From: Octopus sinensis
Taxonomy: Eukaryota
Direction: 5' to 3'
NCBI RefSeq assembly: GCF_006345805.1
Contig: NC_043007.1
Span: 43,214,001 to 43,278,000 of the forward strand
Length of the DNA: 64,000 bases
Positions 1 through 12,269 of the stretch are shown here, one piece after another. The notes below the pieces were generated by a model. It was not told the origin of the DNA. It did not search any database and worked only from the letters and a program-made list of their open reading frames with translations. The number at the start of each line of letters is the position of its first letter. Position 1 is the stretch's first letter. The position numbers and the translations under genes were made by a program.

Positions 1-19
1 TATATATATATACATACAT

Positions 20-72
<53 letters not shown>

Positions 73-102
73 TTAGTCTTGGGGTTTGCATCTCGAGGAC
101 CG

Positions 103-178
103 AATGTACTGAAGAAGTCACGGACACTTGAATTATGCAAGTAATTCTTTTGTTAAGACCGAAACCGAGGTATGCATT
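103..178 (+). ncRNA. Type I hammerhead-ribozyme-like motif, probably in a Penelope-like element remnant (~67-335)
   Basis: Stem I AATGTA (103-108) pairs with TGCATT (173-178). Core CTGAAGA (109-115), long imperfect stem II closed by (A)GTC/GAC(C), GAAA (161-164), minimal stem III ACC-GA-GGT, and cleavage triplet GTA (170-172). The 10.1-11.1 pair is an A.C mismatch. Confidence 0.6.
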
Positions 179-335
179 TAAGTCTGTTTTTTATTTAATT
201 TTTCATATGTCCTGCCCGCCAAATTTGGTTCTGGTGTTCGCTGAATTCTTCCTCTAGAGAATTTCCCTTGTAGTTTGATCGTTGATGATCTATTTCTAGC
301 ATTCTGGCCGGCTACCTAGCAGGCCAGCCCTGCCA

Positions 336-380
<45 letters not shown>

Positions 381-446
381 CACACACATACATTTCAAAA
401 TGTAACTACATGCTGATTGTTGGCAATTTTTTTCCTCTGTCTCCTG

Positions 447-479
447 TTTCTGAAGAAGTGCTTTGCTCGAAATGTAAAA
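447..479 (+). ncRNA. Degenerate minimal hammerhead-like motif
   Basis: TTT-CTGAAGA-A-GTGC-TTT-GCTC-GAAA-TG-TA-AAA: the core boxes are present, stem I is only 3 bp, stem II has one mismatch, and stem III looks like a CpG-decayed ACGT palindrome. Confidence 0.4.
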
Positions 480-500
480 GTGCCTTTTAATATTTTACAT

Positions 501-610
501 ATACCATGCCCTTGCATTATTGTTATTGTCGTGTGTGTTTTCTTTGCTTTTTGAGATACCATGCCCTTGCATTATTGTTATTGTCGTGTGTGTTTTCTTT
601 GCTTTTTGAG

Positions 611-612
<2 letters not shown>
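501..612. repeat. Perfect 55-bp tandem duplication
   Basis: ATACCATGCC...GCTTTTTGAG at 501-555 and 556-610. Confidence 0.95.
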
Positions 613-648
<36 letters not shown>

Positions 649-699
649 CACACATACATACAGATATATATATACATACATACACATATATATCCATAT

Positions 700-1710
700 A
701 TGCACAAATATATATTATTCATCATAGTCCTTCAGGCAATAACAGAGGAATTCAAAACGGGATGCCCCTGGGAGCTCCTCTATGCCGATGACCTAGCTCT
801 CATAGCAGAATCACTACCGGAACTAGAAGAGAAATTTCGGGTGTGGAAGCAAGGGTTGGAATCAAAGGGCCTTAGAATAAATGTAGCAAAGACCAAAGTA
901 TTAGTAAGCAGCAAGAGGTACTCAGCACACATCCCCTCGGGTAGGTGGCCCTGCTCAACCTGTAGGAAAGGTACAGGTAGAAACTCCATAAGATGCACCC
1001 AATGTAAGTTATGGACACATAAGAGGTGCAGCAACATTAAAGGGAAATTAACAGATCAGATAGCTTTCATGTGCGGCAGATGCACAGGGACAATAGACAC
1101 AACAGACACTCAGAAAACAGATTCCATCACACTCCAGGGAGAGAAACTAGAAGTAGTTGATAGTTTCCGCTACCTGGGTGACCAAGTTAGTAGCGGAGGT
1201 GGATGCACAGAGAGTATCACCACTAGAATACGAATAGCCTGGGCAAAGTTCAGAAAGCTCCTACCCCTACTGGCAACAAAAGGTCTCTCCCTCAGAGCAA
1301 AAGGTAGATTGTATGATGCATGTGTGCGAACTGCCATGCTTCACGGTAATGAAACATGGGCTGTGACTGCAGAAGACATGCGTAGACTTGAAAGAAATGA
1401 AGCTAGCATGATCCGCTGGATGTGTAGTGTCAGTGTGCACGCAAAACAGAGTGTAAGTATCCTGAGAGAAATGCTGGATATAAGAAGCATCAGATGTGGT
1501 GTGCAAGAGCGACGCTTGCGATGGTATGGTCATGTGCTGCGGATGGATGAAGAGAGATGTGTGAAGAAGTGCCACTCCCAACAGTTGAAGGTATCAGGGG
1601 GAGAGGTAGACCCAGGAAGACATGGGATGAGGTGGTCAAGCATGACCTCAGAGCATTGGGCCTCACTGAGGCAATGGCGAAGGACCGAGATCTCTGGAGA
1701 TATGCTGTGA
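700..1710 (+). CDS. RTE ORF2 fragment: RT C-terminal half, PHD-type finger and thumb region (not a full gene)
   Basis: LLYADD at 781-792, GLRINVAKTKV, C4HC3 finger at 952-1083, FRYLG, AWAKF and RLRWYGHV. A frameshift occurs near the C-terminus, and GRGRPRKTW continues in ORF 1557-1853. Confidence 0.88.
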   Translation: MHKYILFIIVLQAITEEFKTGCPWELLYADDLALIAESLPELEEKFRVWKQGLESKGLRINVAKTKVLVSSKRYSAHIPSGRWPCSTCRKGTGRNSIRCTQCKLWTHKRCSNIKGKLTDQIAFMCGRCTGTIDTTDTQKTDSITLQGEKLEVVDSFRYLGDQVSSGGGCTESITTRIRIAWAKFRKLLPLLATKGLSLRAKGRLYDACVRTAMLHGNETWAVTAEDMRRLERNEASMIRWMCSVSVHAKQSVSILREMLDIRSIRCGVQERRLRWYGHVLRMDEERCVKKCHSQQLKVSGGEVDPGRHGMRWSSMTSEHWASLRQWRRTEISGDML

Positions 1711-2101
1711 CTACAAAGACCCGGGCTGCTTTCTGCAGCAATTCCACATACCCCCTACCCATTCTAAGTACCCCGGATCCCCAAAGTACCCTGGATCCCC
1801 AAAGTACCCCGATCCCCAAAGTACCCCGGACCTCGTTGCCCCCGTGCCGCTGACACGTTAAAATGCTCGAACCGATCGTGACGATGCCGGACCCTCCGGC
1901 CCCTGTGCAGGTGGCACGTAAAAAGCACCCAATCCACTCACGGAGTGGTTGGCGTTAGGAAGGGCATCCAGCCGTAGAAACTCTGCCAGATTCAGACTGG
2001 AGCCTGGAGCGGCCCCTGGCTTCCCAGACCCGGTCGAACCGTCCAACCCGTGCTAGCACGGAAAGCGGACGTTAAACGATGATGATGATGATGATGATGA
2101 T
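714..2101 (+). mobile_element. 5'-truncated RTE-clade LINE (copy 1) with 3'UTR and (GAT)n tail
   Basis: RT C-terminal half, RTE-type 3'UTR (GGAAGGGCATCCAGC...GTCCAACCC...GGACGTTAAAC) and (GAT)n tail. Colinear with the copy at 37346-40755. Confidence 0.93.
1766..1832 (+). repeat. 18-bp minisatellite (AAGTACCCCGGATCCCCA) x ~3.7 inside the RTE 3'UTR
   Basis: Units start at 1766, 1784, 1802 and 1819. Confidence 0.9.
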
Positions 2102-2364
2102 ATATACATACACAAATATGTATATATACATATATTTATACATACACACACTCATATATGTACACATATATACATATATTTCTATGAATACACACACATA
2201 TATATACACATATACATATATCTATATATACACACATTTATACACATATATATATACACATATACATATATCTATATATACACACATTTATACACATATA
2301 TATATACACATATACATGTATACACATACACACATATACATATATATTATACAGGACTCAGTAT

Positions 2365-3934
2365 GAGAAATAAGGAGGGATCAAAACTTCTGGAGTTCTG
2401 TTATGCAAATGATCTCACAATCAGCAATGTGAATTTCAGGTAAACACACAAATCAGATAGATTTTATTCTCATCAGAAAGCAGGATAAGCATATGACTGT
2501 AAATGCTAAGTCCTTCCCAGGTGCAGATGAGTAGTTGATGACTTCAAATAAGGGCTATTCTGTCTCAGAGACTGAAGACAAACTGAAAGAGGAATATTTG
2601 GAAGTTAAAAGAGTTCTTCATTGATTTACTGACACCTATGACAGCAGAGAGTGAGAGACAGAAGCTTATAAATAGGGAAAATATCTATTAGTTTTTATGG
2701 AACAATCTGCTAGATACTACTAAACAGACTTATGGCTGGTGAAAGATACTCATTCAGCGCAAGGTGATATGTAGGTGGTGAAACGCTGTTTTAGACAGAG
2801 CCATAATGACAAAAGAAAGGTTTGGAAAGATTGGAAGAGAGAGGCAGTAGAGAAAATACCACATAGCTGAAACAGAAGACCAACATGAGGTATTCATAGC
2901 AAGGCGAAAGGCAGAAAAGAACAAAGATTGCACATGTTTTGTGACATGAAGATCAGAGGCATGGCGAGCTTCACATTGCTAGGCAGTGCACTAGAAAAAA
3001 TCGAGATATTGTTGGAGAGAGTGTACTTAGAATCATAACAGCACACTTGATCTCAGTGATGCTGATAAGAAACAGGCATGGAAGTGCTACTATGAAAAGG
3101 CTGCTGAATGTGTACACCCAACTAAGGGACTAGGGACCAGCCATGTGAATTGACAGTAGTACAGAAAATAAATCAATAAGGGATATGAAAGTTGGGACAG
3201 CAGCTGGGCTGTCAAGTATAGTCACTTAGATGTTTAAAACATCTGGTGTAGTAGAGAACAGAATAGTCATTCAAAGAGTAACTCAAATAATAAAATGAAG
3301 GTCATCATACCCAATGACTGATAACCACAGTATCATCATAAGTTGCTACAATGGGAAACAGAGATGCACTAGTGGGAAGAAACTACAGAGGCATCAAACT
3401 GTTGGACCAGGTCATGAAAGTTACAGAAAGAGTAACTTACTGTAACTTGGAAAACATTAGGGACAGGCTTTGTCTCAATGAGATGCAATTCAGCTTTGTT
3501 TTTGGAAGGAACACCAGTGATACTATATTTCCTGTGGGGGTTTATCCCTTACATGGTAAGGAATAAGCCCCCATACTTACAGTTCATCACATGTAAAAAG
3601 ACCTTTGACATAGTCCCTCACACTGTGATTTGGTGGTCACTAAGGAAACTAAGAGAAATGAATGGCTTGTGAGGACTGTACAAGCTGTATATGAAGAGGT
3701 AACAAGCAAGGTGAGATTCAGCAATGTGTTCAGTGATGAATTTGATGAGCAGGTAAGGATACATCAACATACAGTTTTCAGTTCACTCATATTAATTACT
3801 ACACTCAAGCTATAACAGAATTTCAAGCTGGCTGACCTTGGGAAGTCTTCTGAGCTGACAACTTAGGTCTTATACAAGAGTCCATAGAAGAATTGAAGCT
3901 GAAATTCTAGACATGGAAGTAAAATCAGGAATTG

Positions 3935-3975
<41 letters not shown>

Positions 3976-4370
3976 GGATAGATGGATGGATGGATGGATG
4001 GATGGATGGATGGATGGATGGATGCATGCATGCATGCATGCTGGTACTCAAGAAGACCAATCCTCTACAACAGAAGTGTTGAAGTGTTATGGCTGCATTC
4101 CCTGGTAAAGATGATTGGCCTGCAAGAGTCCTGTGCCAGTGCCACATATTAAGCACTCATGCTAGTGCCAAATAACAGCACTTGTGCTAGTGGCATTTTA
4201 AAAGCATCCAGCATACACTGCAAATTGGTTGATGTTTGGAAAGGCATCCAGCTGTAGAAATTAAACCAAATCAGATTGAAACTTGGTGCAGCTTCCCAGC
4301 TCTGGTCAAACTGTCCAACCCATGCCAGTATGGTAAATGGACGTTAGAGGAGGATGATAATGGTTGAAAT
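2365..4370 (+). mobile_element. Old, heavily decayed RTE copy (endonuclease end to RT, then 3' tail), interrupted by (GATA)n/(GATG)n
   Basis: NYRGIKLLDQVMKVTER, EMQFSF and KKTFDIVPHTVIWWSLRKL match the 38597-38941 ORF. RTE 3' tail at ~4130-4370. Confidence 0.8.
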
Positions 4371-4376
4371 GAGGAT

Positions 4377-4414
<38 letters not shown>

Positions 4415-4674
4415 TCATCAATACTATCATCATTTTAACATTCAATTTACCATGTCAGCATGGACCAGACAGAATCCAATAAGGCAGACATGCTATGGCT
4501 GGATGCCCCTCAGCACCAACCTTTACCTGTTTTCAAGCAAGGTAATATTTCCTCAAGGCCAGAAATTTTTCAGACAATTAGAAATGAACTACACTGCTAG
4601 TATGAGGGTGACAATTTATCACGCTTCTTCTCATGAACTATATATGCATGTATGTGTGTGTATGTGTGTGTACA

Positions 4675-4736
<62 letters not shown>

Positions 4737-5584
4737 TCCAGTCTTGATCAAAAACAAATTTATATAAATACACAAAAACATATCCTAAAACAGAAATTCT
4801 CATACACTTCCACATAAATCACAAAATCAAAAGCATAAATACAAACTCAGAAACACACATATACATACACACATATTTATACACAGAGACACAATCTAAA
4901 GCTAAAATTCACAAAAAATGTCACATAATCAAAAGTATAAATGCAAATGCAAAATTTTGGTTTAAAAAAAATTTCACACATTTACCACCACACAATCAAA
5001 ATTGCAAATAGAAACACACACACACACAATCAAATGCACTTGCAGACATACACACAAAGCTATAAATGCCTACACACACTCAGCAAGGCATGTGAAATGT
5101 CTAATATTTCACTAGGGTTATTTTTTTTTCATTGTGTAGAGGTGACTATTTGGCATTCATAGGAAAGTACATGACACGAATATTTATATAAAACTGAACA
5201 AAAAATAACCTATAAAATTGTTTTTATCTTTATTATACATTTTTTTAAAAAAAACAGAAGCGACAGTACAAAAAACAAAAAAGAATGAAGTGATCTGAAA
5301 ATATAAAGTAGTGAAGAGGAGAAAAGAATATAGCAAGATAGTAATGTTGGGGTGGAGAGACAGAAAAGAGAATGTGGTATTTTTAAACATGAAATTAATA
5401 TGTAAAATAATACAGAATATGTAAAAATTACACGCATGCATGCACACACACACAAACATACTACACTTATTCGTGCATAAAACTCTTTAAAGTAATGGAG
5501 TGAATTGTTAATTGGTTCCCAATAAATATAACCAATACATCAAATATTGACTATGTTTTCTTTCATTTGTAAGCATAAACATGA

Positions 5585-5910
5585 AATTGGCACTCTGTCG
5601 GTTATGACAATGAGGGTTCCAATTGATTTGATCAACAGAACAAACAGCCTGCTCATGAAATTAACATGTAAGTGGCTGAGCTCTCCAAAGACATGCATAC
5701 CCTTAAGGTAGATTCAGCATGATGCAGCATGCAACAAAGCTAGCCCTTTGAAATACAGGTACTCCTCATTTTCGCCAGCTGAGTAGACTGGAGCAACGTG
5801 AAATAAAGTGTCTTGCTCAAGGACTCAATGCCCTGCCAGGTACTGAACTCATGACCTAACCATACAATATTGAGCCAAATACTCTAACTTCTAAGCTACA
5901 TGCCTTCACC
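5585..5910 (-). mobile_element. tRNA-derived SINE with conserved CCTTGAGCAAGACACTT central motif
   Basis: The minus strand has a tRNA-like head followed by GTCCTTGAGCAAGACACTTTATTTCACGTTGCTCCAG. A related copy lies near 58755-58980. Confidence 0.55.
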
Positions 5911-6105
5911 AAGCATAAACACACAAACTCACAGACACATACACAAACCTAATTAAATTCACTGTCACTGCTCCAAATTTCTCACTTACATACATTTTTT
6001 CAGGTAAATGAATATGAATGAACAGATACAAGATACAAAGAAAGAAACTCAAAATAGTTACAAAGTGAATTATTAAAAATGGCAAGAAATAAATGATTTA
6101 TAGGC

Positions 6106-6208
6106 ATTTATTTCTACTTTAAAGGTATTCAACCTCAAATTTATTTCTACTTTAAAGGTAATTCAACCTTAAATTTATTTCTAATTTAAAGGTATTCAAC
6201 CTTAAATT
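6106..6208. repeat. 33-bp tandem repeat x3
   Basis: ATTTATTTCTACTTTAAAGGTATTCAACCT(C/T)AA at 6106, 6139 and 6173. Confidence 0.92.
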
Positions 6209-6258
6209 GAATCTTTACTAGCAGAATAACAAATTTGATACACTATGAAAAATTAACT

Positions 6259-6477
6259 TTAACCCATTAGCATTCAGAATATTCTATTAAATGTTACATT
6301 TATTTATTCACATTGTTTTGAATCAATCATGCATTATCTCATGGCTTCAAGATTCTGAAGATATAATTGTTTATTTTTAGAATGACATTGTAGGGTAGGT
6401 GTGAGAAGCCAGATCTAGCAAGTTTGAATGAACATAAAACAGGTTGTATATGACCAGTTTAAACTCTCAAGAGTTAA
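6259..6477 (+). mobile_element. piggyBac-type MITE (TTAA target, CCC.. termini), copy 1
   Basis: TTAA-CCCATTAGCATTCAGA...GAG-TTAA. The internal sequence is shared with three other copies. Confidence 0.65.
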
Positions 6478-7524
6478 CTCTAATGTACAGGTACAGCAAG
6501 TGTAAAAATAAAAGCAGGTCAAAATGTATATTGAAATGTAGACAATAATGTATTAATAAAGTATTAATCCTTTAATCAATTAGATTAACCTTCAATAATT
6601 AGCTACAGATACTGAGAAGATTGTATGTTGTGAGAGGAAAGAGTAAAGAAAGATGTTATCATCTTGTCATTTGCTGAAACTAAAAATTCTAAGTTCATTT
6701 TCAGAATTAAAGGATATAAAACAATCTACTCACAACAATCCACACTCGTAAACAATTATTATTGTTGAGTTTAATAGGTTGAGCAATTAAAATAAAGTTG
6801 ATAGCAAATTCTTTTATAGGGGAAAGAAAAAGACAAATGGAATGCTGTGATAATTGTAACTGATTGTTTGCTAAGTCTTAATTACATAATAAATGTCAAT
6901 CTAAATTAATTTTGAATAATTAACCCGGTAATTATCATCATTATCATCATCATCTTTATCTATGCAAGCATAAGTAAAGATAAGATGACAGAAACAGATT
7001 TATATACAAACAAATATATACATATACAACAGGCTTCTTTTAATTTCAGTCTATTAAATCTGCTCGCAAGGCTTTGGTTGGCCCAGAACTATAGTAGAAG
7101 ACACTTACCTAAAAAGCCACACAGCGGGACTGAATTCAAAACTGTGTGTTGGAAAGCAAATGTTTAAATCAAACAATCATGCCTAATGTGTGTGTGTGTG
7201 CGCATGTGCGTGCATATGCATGCGTGTGTCATCAGCATCATTGTTTTGATATTCACATTTCCGTGGGTTCAACAGAGCCAGTTGCGGTGAATTGCCTATG
7301 GCCGGATGCCTTTCCTGTGACCAACCCTCACCTGTTTCCAAGTGAGGTAAAATTTCCTCAAAACCTGACATATTTTCAAGCAAGACTGGAAATAAGGACA
7401 TCGCTTGCATGAAGGTGACACTCATTTACAATTATCATATCATGTCAACACAAGGAGATAGTAACACACATACACATACATATTCATATATATATACATA
7501 CACATATGCATGTATATATATATA

Positions 7525-7567
<43 letters not shown>

Positions 7568-8494
7568 CATACATATAAGCATATATATATAAGCATACAT
7601 ATAAGCATATATATATAAGCATATATATATATATATATACGCACACACGCACACACACACAGTTTCTTTCAGTTTCTAAGTACCAAATTCACTTACAAGG
7701 CTTTGGTTAGCCCAAAGCTATAGTAGAAGACACTTGCCAAAAGTGAGACTGAACCCAAAACCAGACAGTTGGGAAGCAAACTTCTTTCCACCCAACTTAT
7801 GTTTGCACCTGTGTGTGTGTGTGTGTGTGTGGTGTGTGTGTGTGTGTGCACACTCACACAGCATTTGTTCAAATACAATGCTATCTCGATTATAATATAA
7901 CCCATTGCAGATTTTGTACCTAAAAATCAATAATATATTTTATCATTTTATCCTCTTATCTTTCTTTTACACTTGAATAGAATGTTACTTGCCAATTTTG
8001 AGCCTACTGTTTTGTGTTAAATTTCTTGCATTAAACACAATTAGACATGCGCACGTGCATGCATGTGCAGGGGGGGAGGTGTCCAACAGAATATTTTTTG
8101 TTAGACTCAGGGTTATGGATTTTATGCAGCCATATATAAGTGTACATATATATGTATGTATGTATATGTATATGGTGTGTGTGCGTGTGTGTGTGCAGGT
8201 GTCAGAGAGAGAGAGAGGATGCATAGCTAGGTCGGATCAACCTTATTGGGAATGCAGCTTCTGAAACTAAATAAACTGCAGAAGATATCAGACCCAAATG
8301 AACTAGACATGACTAGAATGTACTATAAGCAACAACATGACTAGCAAATATCCTTTAACTTTAAAACATGGATTGGAGAGATGGTCATATTCATAGCTAA
8401 ATAAGATGCCAGAAGATTACAAATACAATACTTCAAAAGGTGGCATTATTAATAATTTTTCAAAGCCTAACTTATGTTTCTACCCTTTATTTTT

Positions 8495-8669
8495 TTATTT
8501 GTTTCAGTCACTGGACTGTGACCATGCTGGGGGTACAACCTTTAAGGGTTTTAGTCAAATGAATTGACTCCAGTAGGTTTTTTCTAAAGTTTCGTTTTTA
8601 CTCTATCAGTCTCTTTTACCAAACCATAAACCAGGGACATTAATAAACAAACACTGGTTGTTAAGCAGT

Positions 8670-8710
<41 letters not shown>

Positions 8711-8870
8711 GGCAAGCTTCTTTCAATTTCTGTCTATCGAATCCACTCACAAGGCTTTGGTCAGCTCAAGACTATTATAGAAGACACTTGAACAAGGTAC
8801 CATGCAGTGGTACTGAACCAGAACCATGTGGTTGGGAAGCAAACTTCTTATCACACACCTGTGCCTGCAC
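8495..8870 (-). mobile_element. tRNA-derived SINE family A (internal (CA)/(TA) microsatellite; ...CCAGCATGGCC.CAGTC tail)
   Basis: Same head, body and tail as the young copy at 48346-48734. Head-only fragments also occur at ~7030-7185, 7660-7810, 20690-20835, 40960-41130, 43480-43640 and 50970-51090. Confidence 0.8.
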
Positions 8871-9553
8871 CTATCTCTGATTTTTTTTTCTAACCAATCA
8901 TGGAAATCAAAGTCTATCAATCATGTTGAACTTTAATACCCTACATCACTTTCAATCCATGCACATTTTCTAAAATACCTTTGCACTGGATTAGAGATAA
9001 TATATCATAAATCCCTTGGCAACTGGGCCTTCCTCTTTAATCCTTTAGAGCTGCAAGTAATGGTATCTCTTTAATATGATAATTCTAACACAAAACTAAT
9101 CCTTTAGAGTTTTCTAAAATTACTCATTAAGAAGGTATTGCAGTTAGGGTGTTTTTTTTTGTTTTGTTTTTTCATTTGTTTAAGTATTTTTAAGTAGTGA
9201 TAGAATCCCAGGTGTTAACAATAATCCATTATTTCAGAATTTCAGGTTAAGAGTTGAAACACTAATTCTAAGGGACCTAAATGTTTTCAAAAGTTCATTT
9301 ATAAAGATAATATTAATTAGTATTTATGATTAAGATAAAGATTATTAGAATACAACCAGCCAGTAGATGTGCTTTCTGTTATCTGTACATGTCAATTTAC
9401 TTGCAACCAGAAATATGTTTTACTTGTAACTAAAAGTTAAGGTGAGCATATATTTATTTGACATATTGTAATGCTTTCATCCATGCAAACAGTTTCTCAC
9501 TCTCTCAGTCATATATATATGCATGCATGCTTGTGTGTGTGTGTGTGTGTGTG

Positions 9554-9592
<39 letters not shown>

Positions 9593-10568
9593 AGAAATTA
9601 TGTAACTATTTTGCTGATCCCTGAAGTGGCGGTGACAGTGGTAGTAGTAGCAACAGTTGTGGTTGGTTATATCCTGGAAACTTCAAAGCAATTCAATATA
9701 TTTACAAATTATAACAAGGCTGAAATGGAAGATAACTTAGTTAACACTAAGTTAACACTGCAAGGACTGAAATCTGAGTTTTCAGAAAATTTACTAATGA
9801 GAGAACTTCTAACATGAGTCTGGGAAAAAACAACTAGAAAAAATGTATTTGAGGTCAGGTCAATTCAAAACTGATAAGAAAAATTGATGAATTAAAGGTA
9901 AGATGTAAAGGTGAAAGGAAATTTAAGATGAGAGTAAAAAGAGATGATATGAAATAATAATCAGAAATTTTGAGATAAAATCTACTTGAATGAAATGAAA
10001 TATGTTAAAATAATGTGCCAACAGAGTAGTTGAAGTTTCTTTGGAAGCAAATGGGATGATATGTTTGGAATAAAACGAAAAGTGCTAAGAAAAAGATGAA
10101 CTGAAATTGAATAAAAGTGAAAGTAGATAAGAAAGTAAAGTGATAAAGATGAGTAAGGATACAGCAAAAATATAAAATGTTGCAAAGAGCCTACAGGGAA
10201 AAAATGGAATGCAAAATAAAAAATGGTGGAACAACCCCATCTGTGAGTGAAATAAAATTCTGAAAGAAGTTGAATAGTTATTAAAATCAGGTAGATTTCT
10301 TTGTATAATACATCAAAAGATAATGGGTGTGTTGAATTGTTTCTAAAAACAGATAAAGCCAGGAAGTTTATGACTCTCAAGGGTGCACCACATAATGAAA
10401 CATTTGAAAGATAAAATATTTCACATCCACAATCCTAGACATAATAAATATGATGTAGATTTGTGGAAGATTTTAAGAAAATGATATTTCAATGTAATTG
10501 CTGATACCTCTAGCATTTTAAATAATGCAACATTCCTCTTAGATTATGCAATTTTCTCTTTATTTTTA

Positions 10569-10652
10569 TCAGGTCATTAAGAATGAAACGTCCGATATTC
10601 TTGTGCACCAAGTTTGACAGTCGTTAACTCTAATGTTTTATCCTGACAATCC
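10569..10652 (+). mobile_element. mariner 5'-end fragment
   Basis: TA-TCAGGTCATTAAGAATGAAA...AACTCTAATGTTTTATCCTGACAAT is homologous to 23390-23475. Confidence 0.6.
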
Positions 10653-12269
10653 TAGTCAAAGTTAAACTTTATCTGAAAAGATGAGATGGACATGATTGGA
10701 ATACGTTTGTCTATTCAATCATGGCTGACCTAGAGCTGAACAAAATACATTCAAGCTAAATATTCAAAAGATTTTTAAATGGTCTTACAATTCTTGTCAT
10801 ATTACAAGAGCCATTGAAATCAGTCTTTAAATTTTTTGATATTTGAAAAAATTGTTGATGTTATTTTTACAGTCAACTATACATCTGTTATGTAGAAATA
10901 CTTTTTATTCTCAATAAGATTGCTGAAGCCAAATAGAGTAATAATAAACTCTTCCATAATTAAATATCACAATTCTGGGGGCAGAATGTGAATTCATAAT
11001 GTTAGAAAGTTTACATTAGATTACCATGCTTTCATTGAACATTTTTCATTTTTTTTTTTTCTTTTCTCCAACTTTACTTTATCACTTAGGTCACACAGAT
11101 ATCCAACCATCATACATAATAATTAGTCTAGTAAATGTGAGATGTATCTAAAAATGATACTTAATCAATATTCCATGATTTAATTTCCTATAATGTTATC
11201 AGCGTTCATCCTGTTGACCCAAGAAAAAAAGAAGCAGCAAATATATATCATCGAACAAATACAATTCACAAAATATATATAAAAAAAAAGACTTTCTTTT
11301 TTTTCTCTTTCTTTAAGAGGTTCTCATAAAGAAGAAATGAGAAATAGCAACTGAAGAAACAGGACCAAGTCTCATGAGAAATAATCATTATAATAATTGT
11401 ATTAACAAAACAAAATATCAGTCAAGGTTGGCAAATTATCAATGGCTAAAATGAACTAGCTGCAGTTTTACTACTCTGGCAACAATGGGACATAGAAATA
11501 ACCTTAAACCTTTACTCAAATGTAGCCAGCTTTGACTATATCATAATCACAAATGAAACTGATGCTAAAAGGCAAAAAGGGAAAATATGGCATCAAAGAC
11601 TAAATTAGATTTCTTCACTATTATTCAGCCAACATATATGATTATGGTTCTGACTCTAAATTTTTTTCTCTATTGATTTATTGCCACCATGTGTATCATG
11701 CTCAACTGGCTGAGTTAATCTACAACACCCCAGAACACAACCATAAAACTGATTATCCCTACCAATACAAACAACATATGAAGGGTTTCTATATGGGCTT
11801 TCAACTTGCTAGAAATAGCAACCAAACCTCTCTCATCACACTCTACTGTCTTTAGGAGATTGCAAAATGTAGTCAGTGATAAAGTATATCTGAAAAGATG
11901 GGATAGTCATGGTTCCTCAACTGGGCTGACCAGAAGCTAAGTAACTCTTCAGTTTCTTCTTGACTGACGAATTCTTATTTCCCAGAAACTGCTTCAGCCC
12001 TCAGTCGATATCATTTAGCAATAGTCATGAAAAATATGTAGAACATTTTGTCCCAAAATAAAGAATTCACTAACACCATCCATTAAATAAACTGCACAAC
12101 TTTCAATTTCCTTCATTTTGAATATTACTTTCTAAACTTGATATGATATACACTTATACATATACATTTACATGTGTCGGTGATCATCAGATATCAATAG
12201 TCAATTACTCCTTTGAAATACCCAAAACTGCTAGAAAGAGAATTGCACCTAAGCTTCCATACATTTCCT

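Noticed and set aside
780-1819. Minus-strand ORFs overlapping the RTE
   Set aside because: Antisense shadows of the RT coding frame.
9600-10380. Purine-rich stretch with ORFs 9458-9817 and 9982-10380
   Set aside because: Compositionally biased with no domain motif; possibly a very old repeat but cannot be classified.
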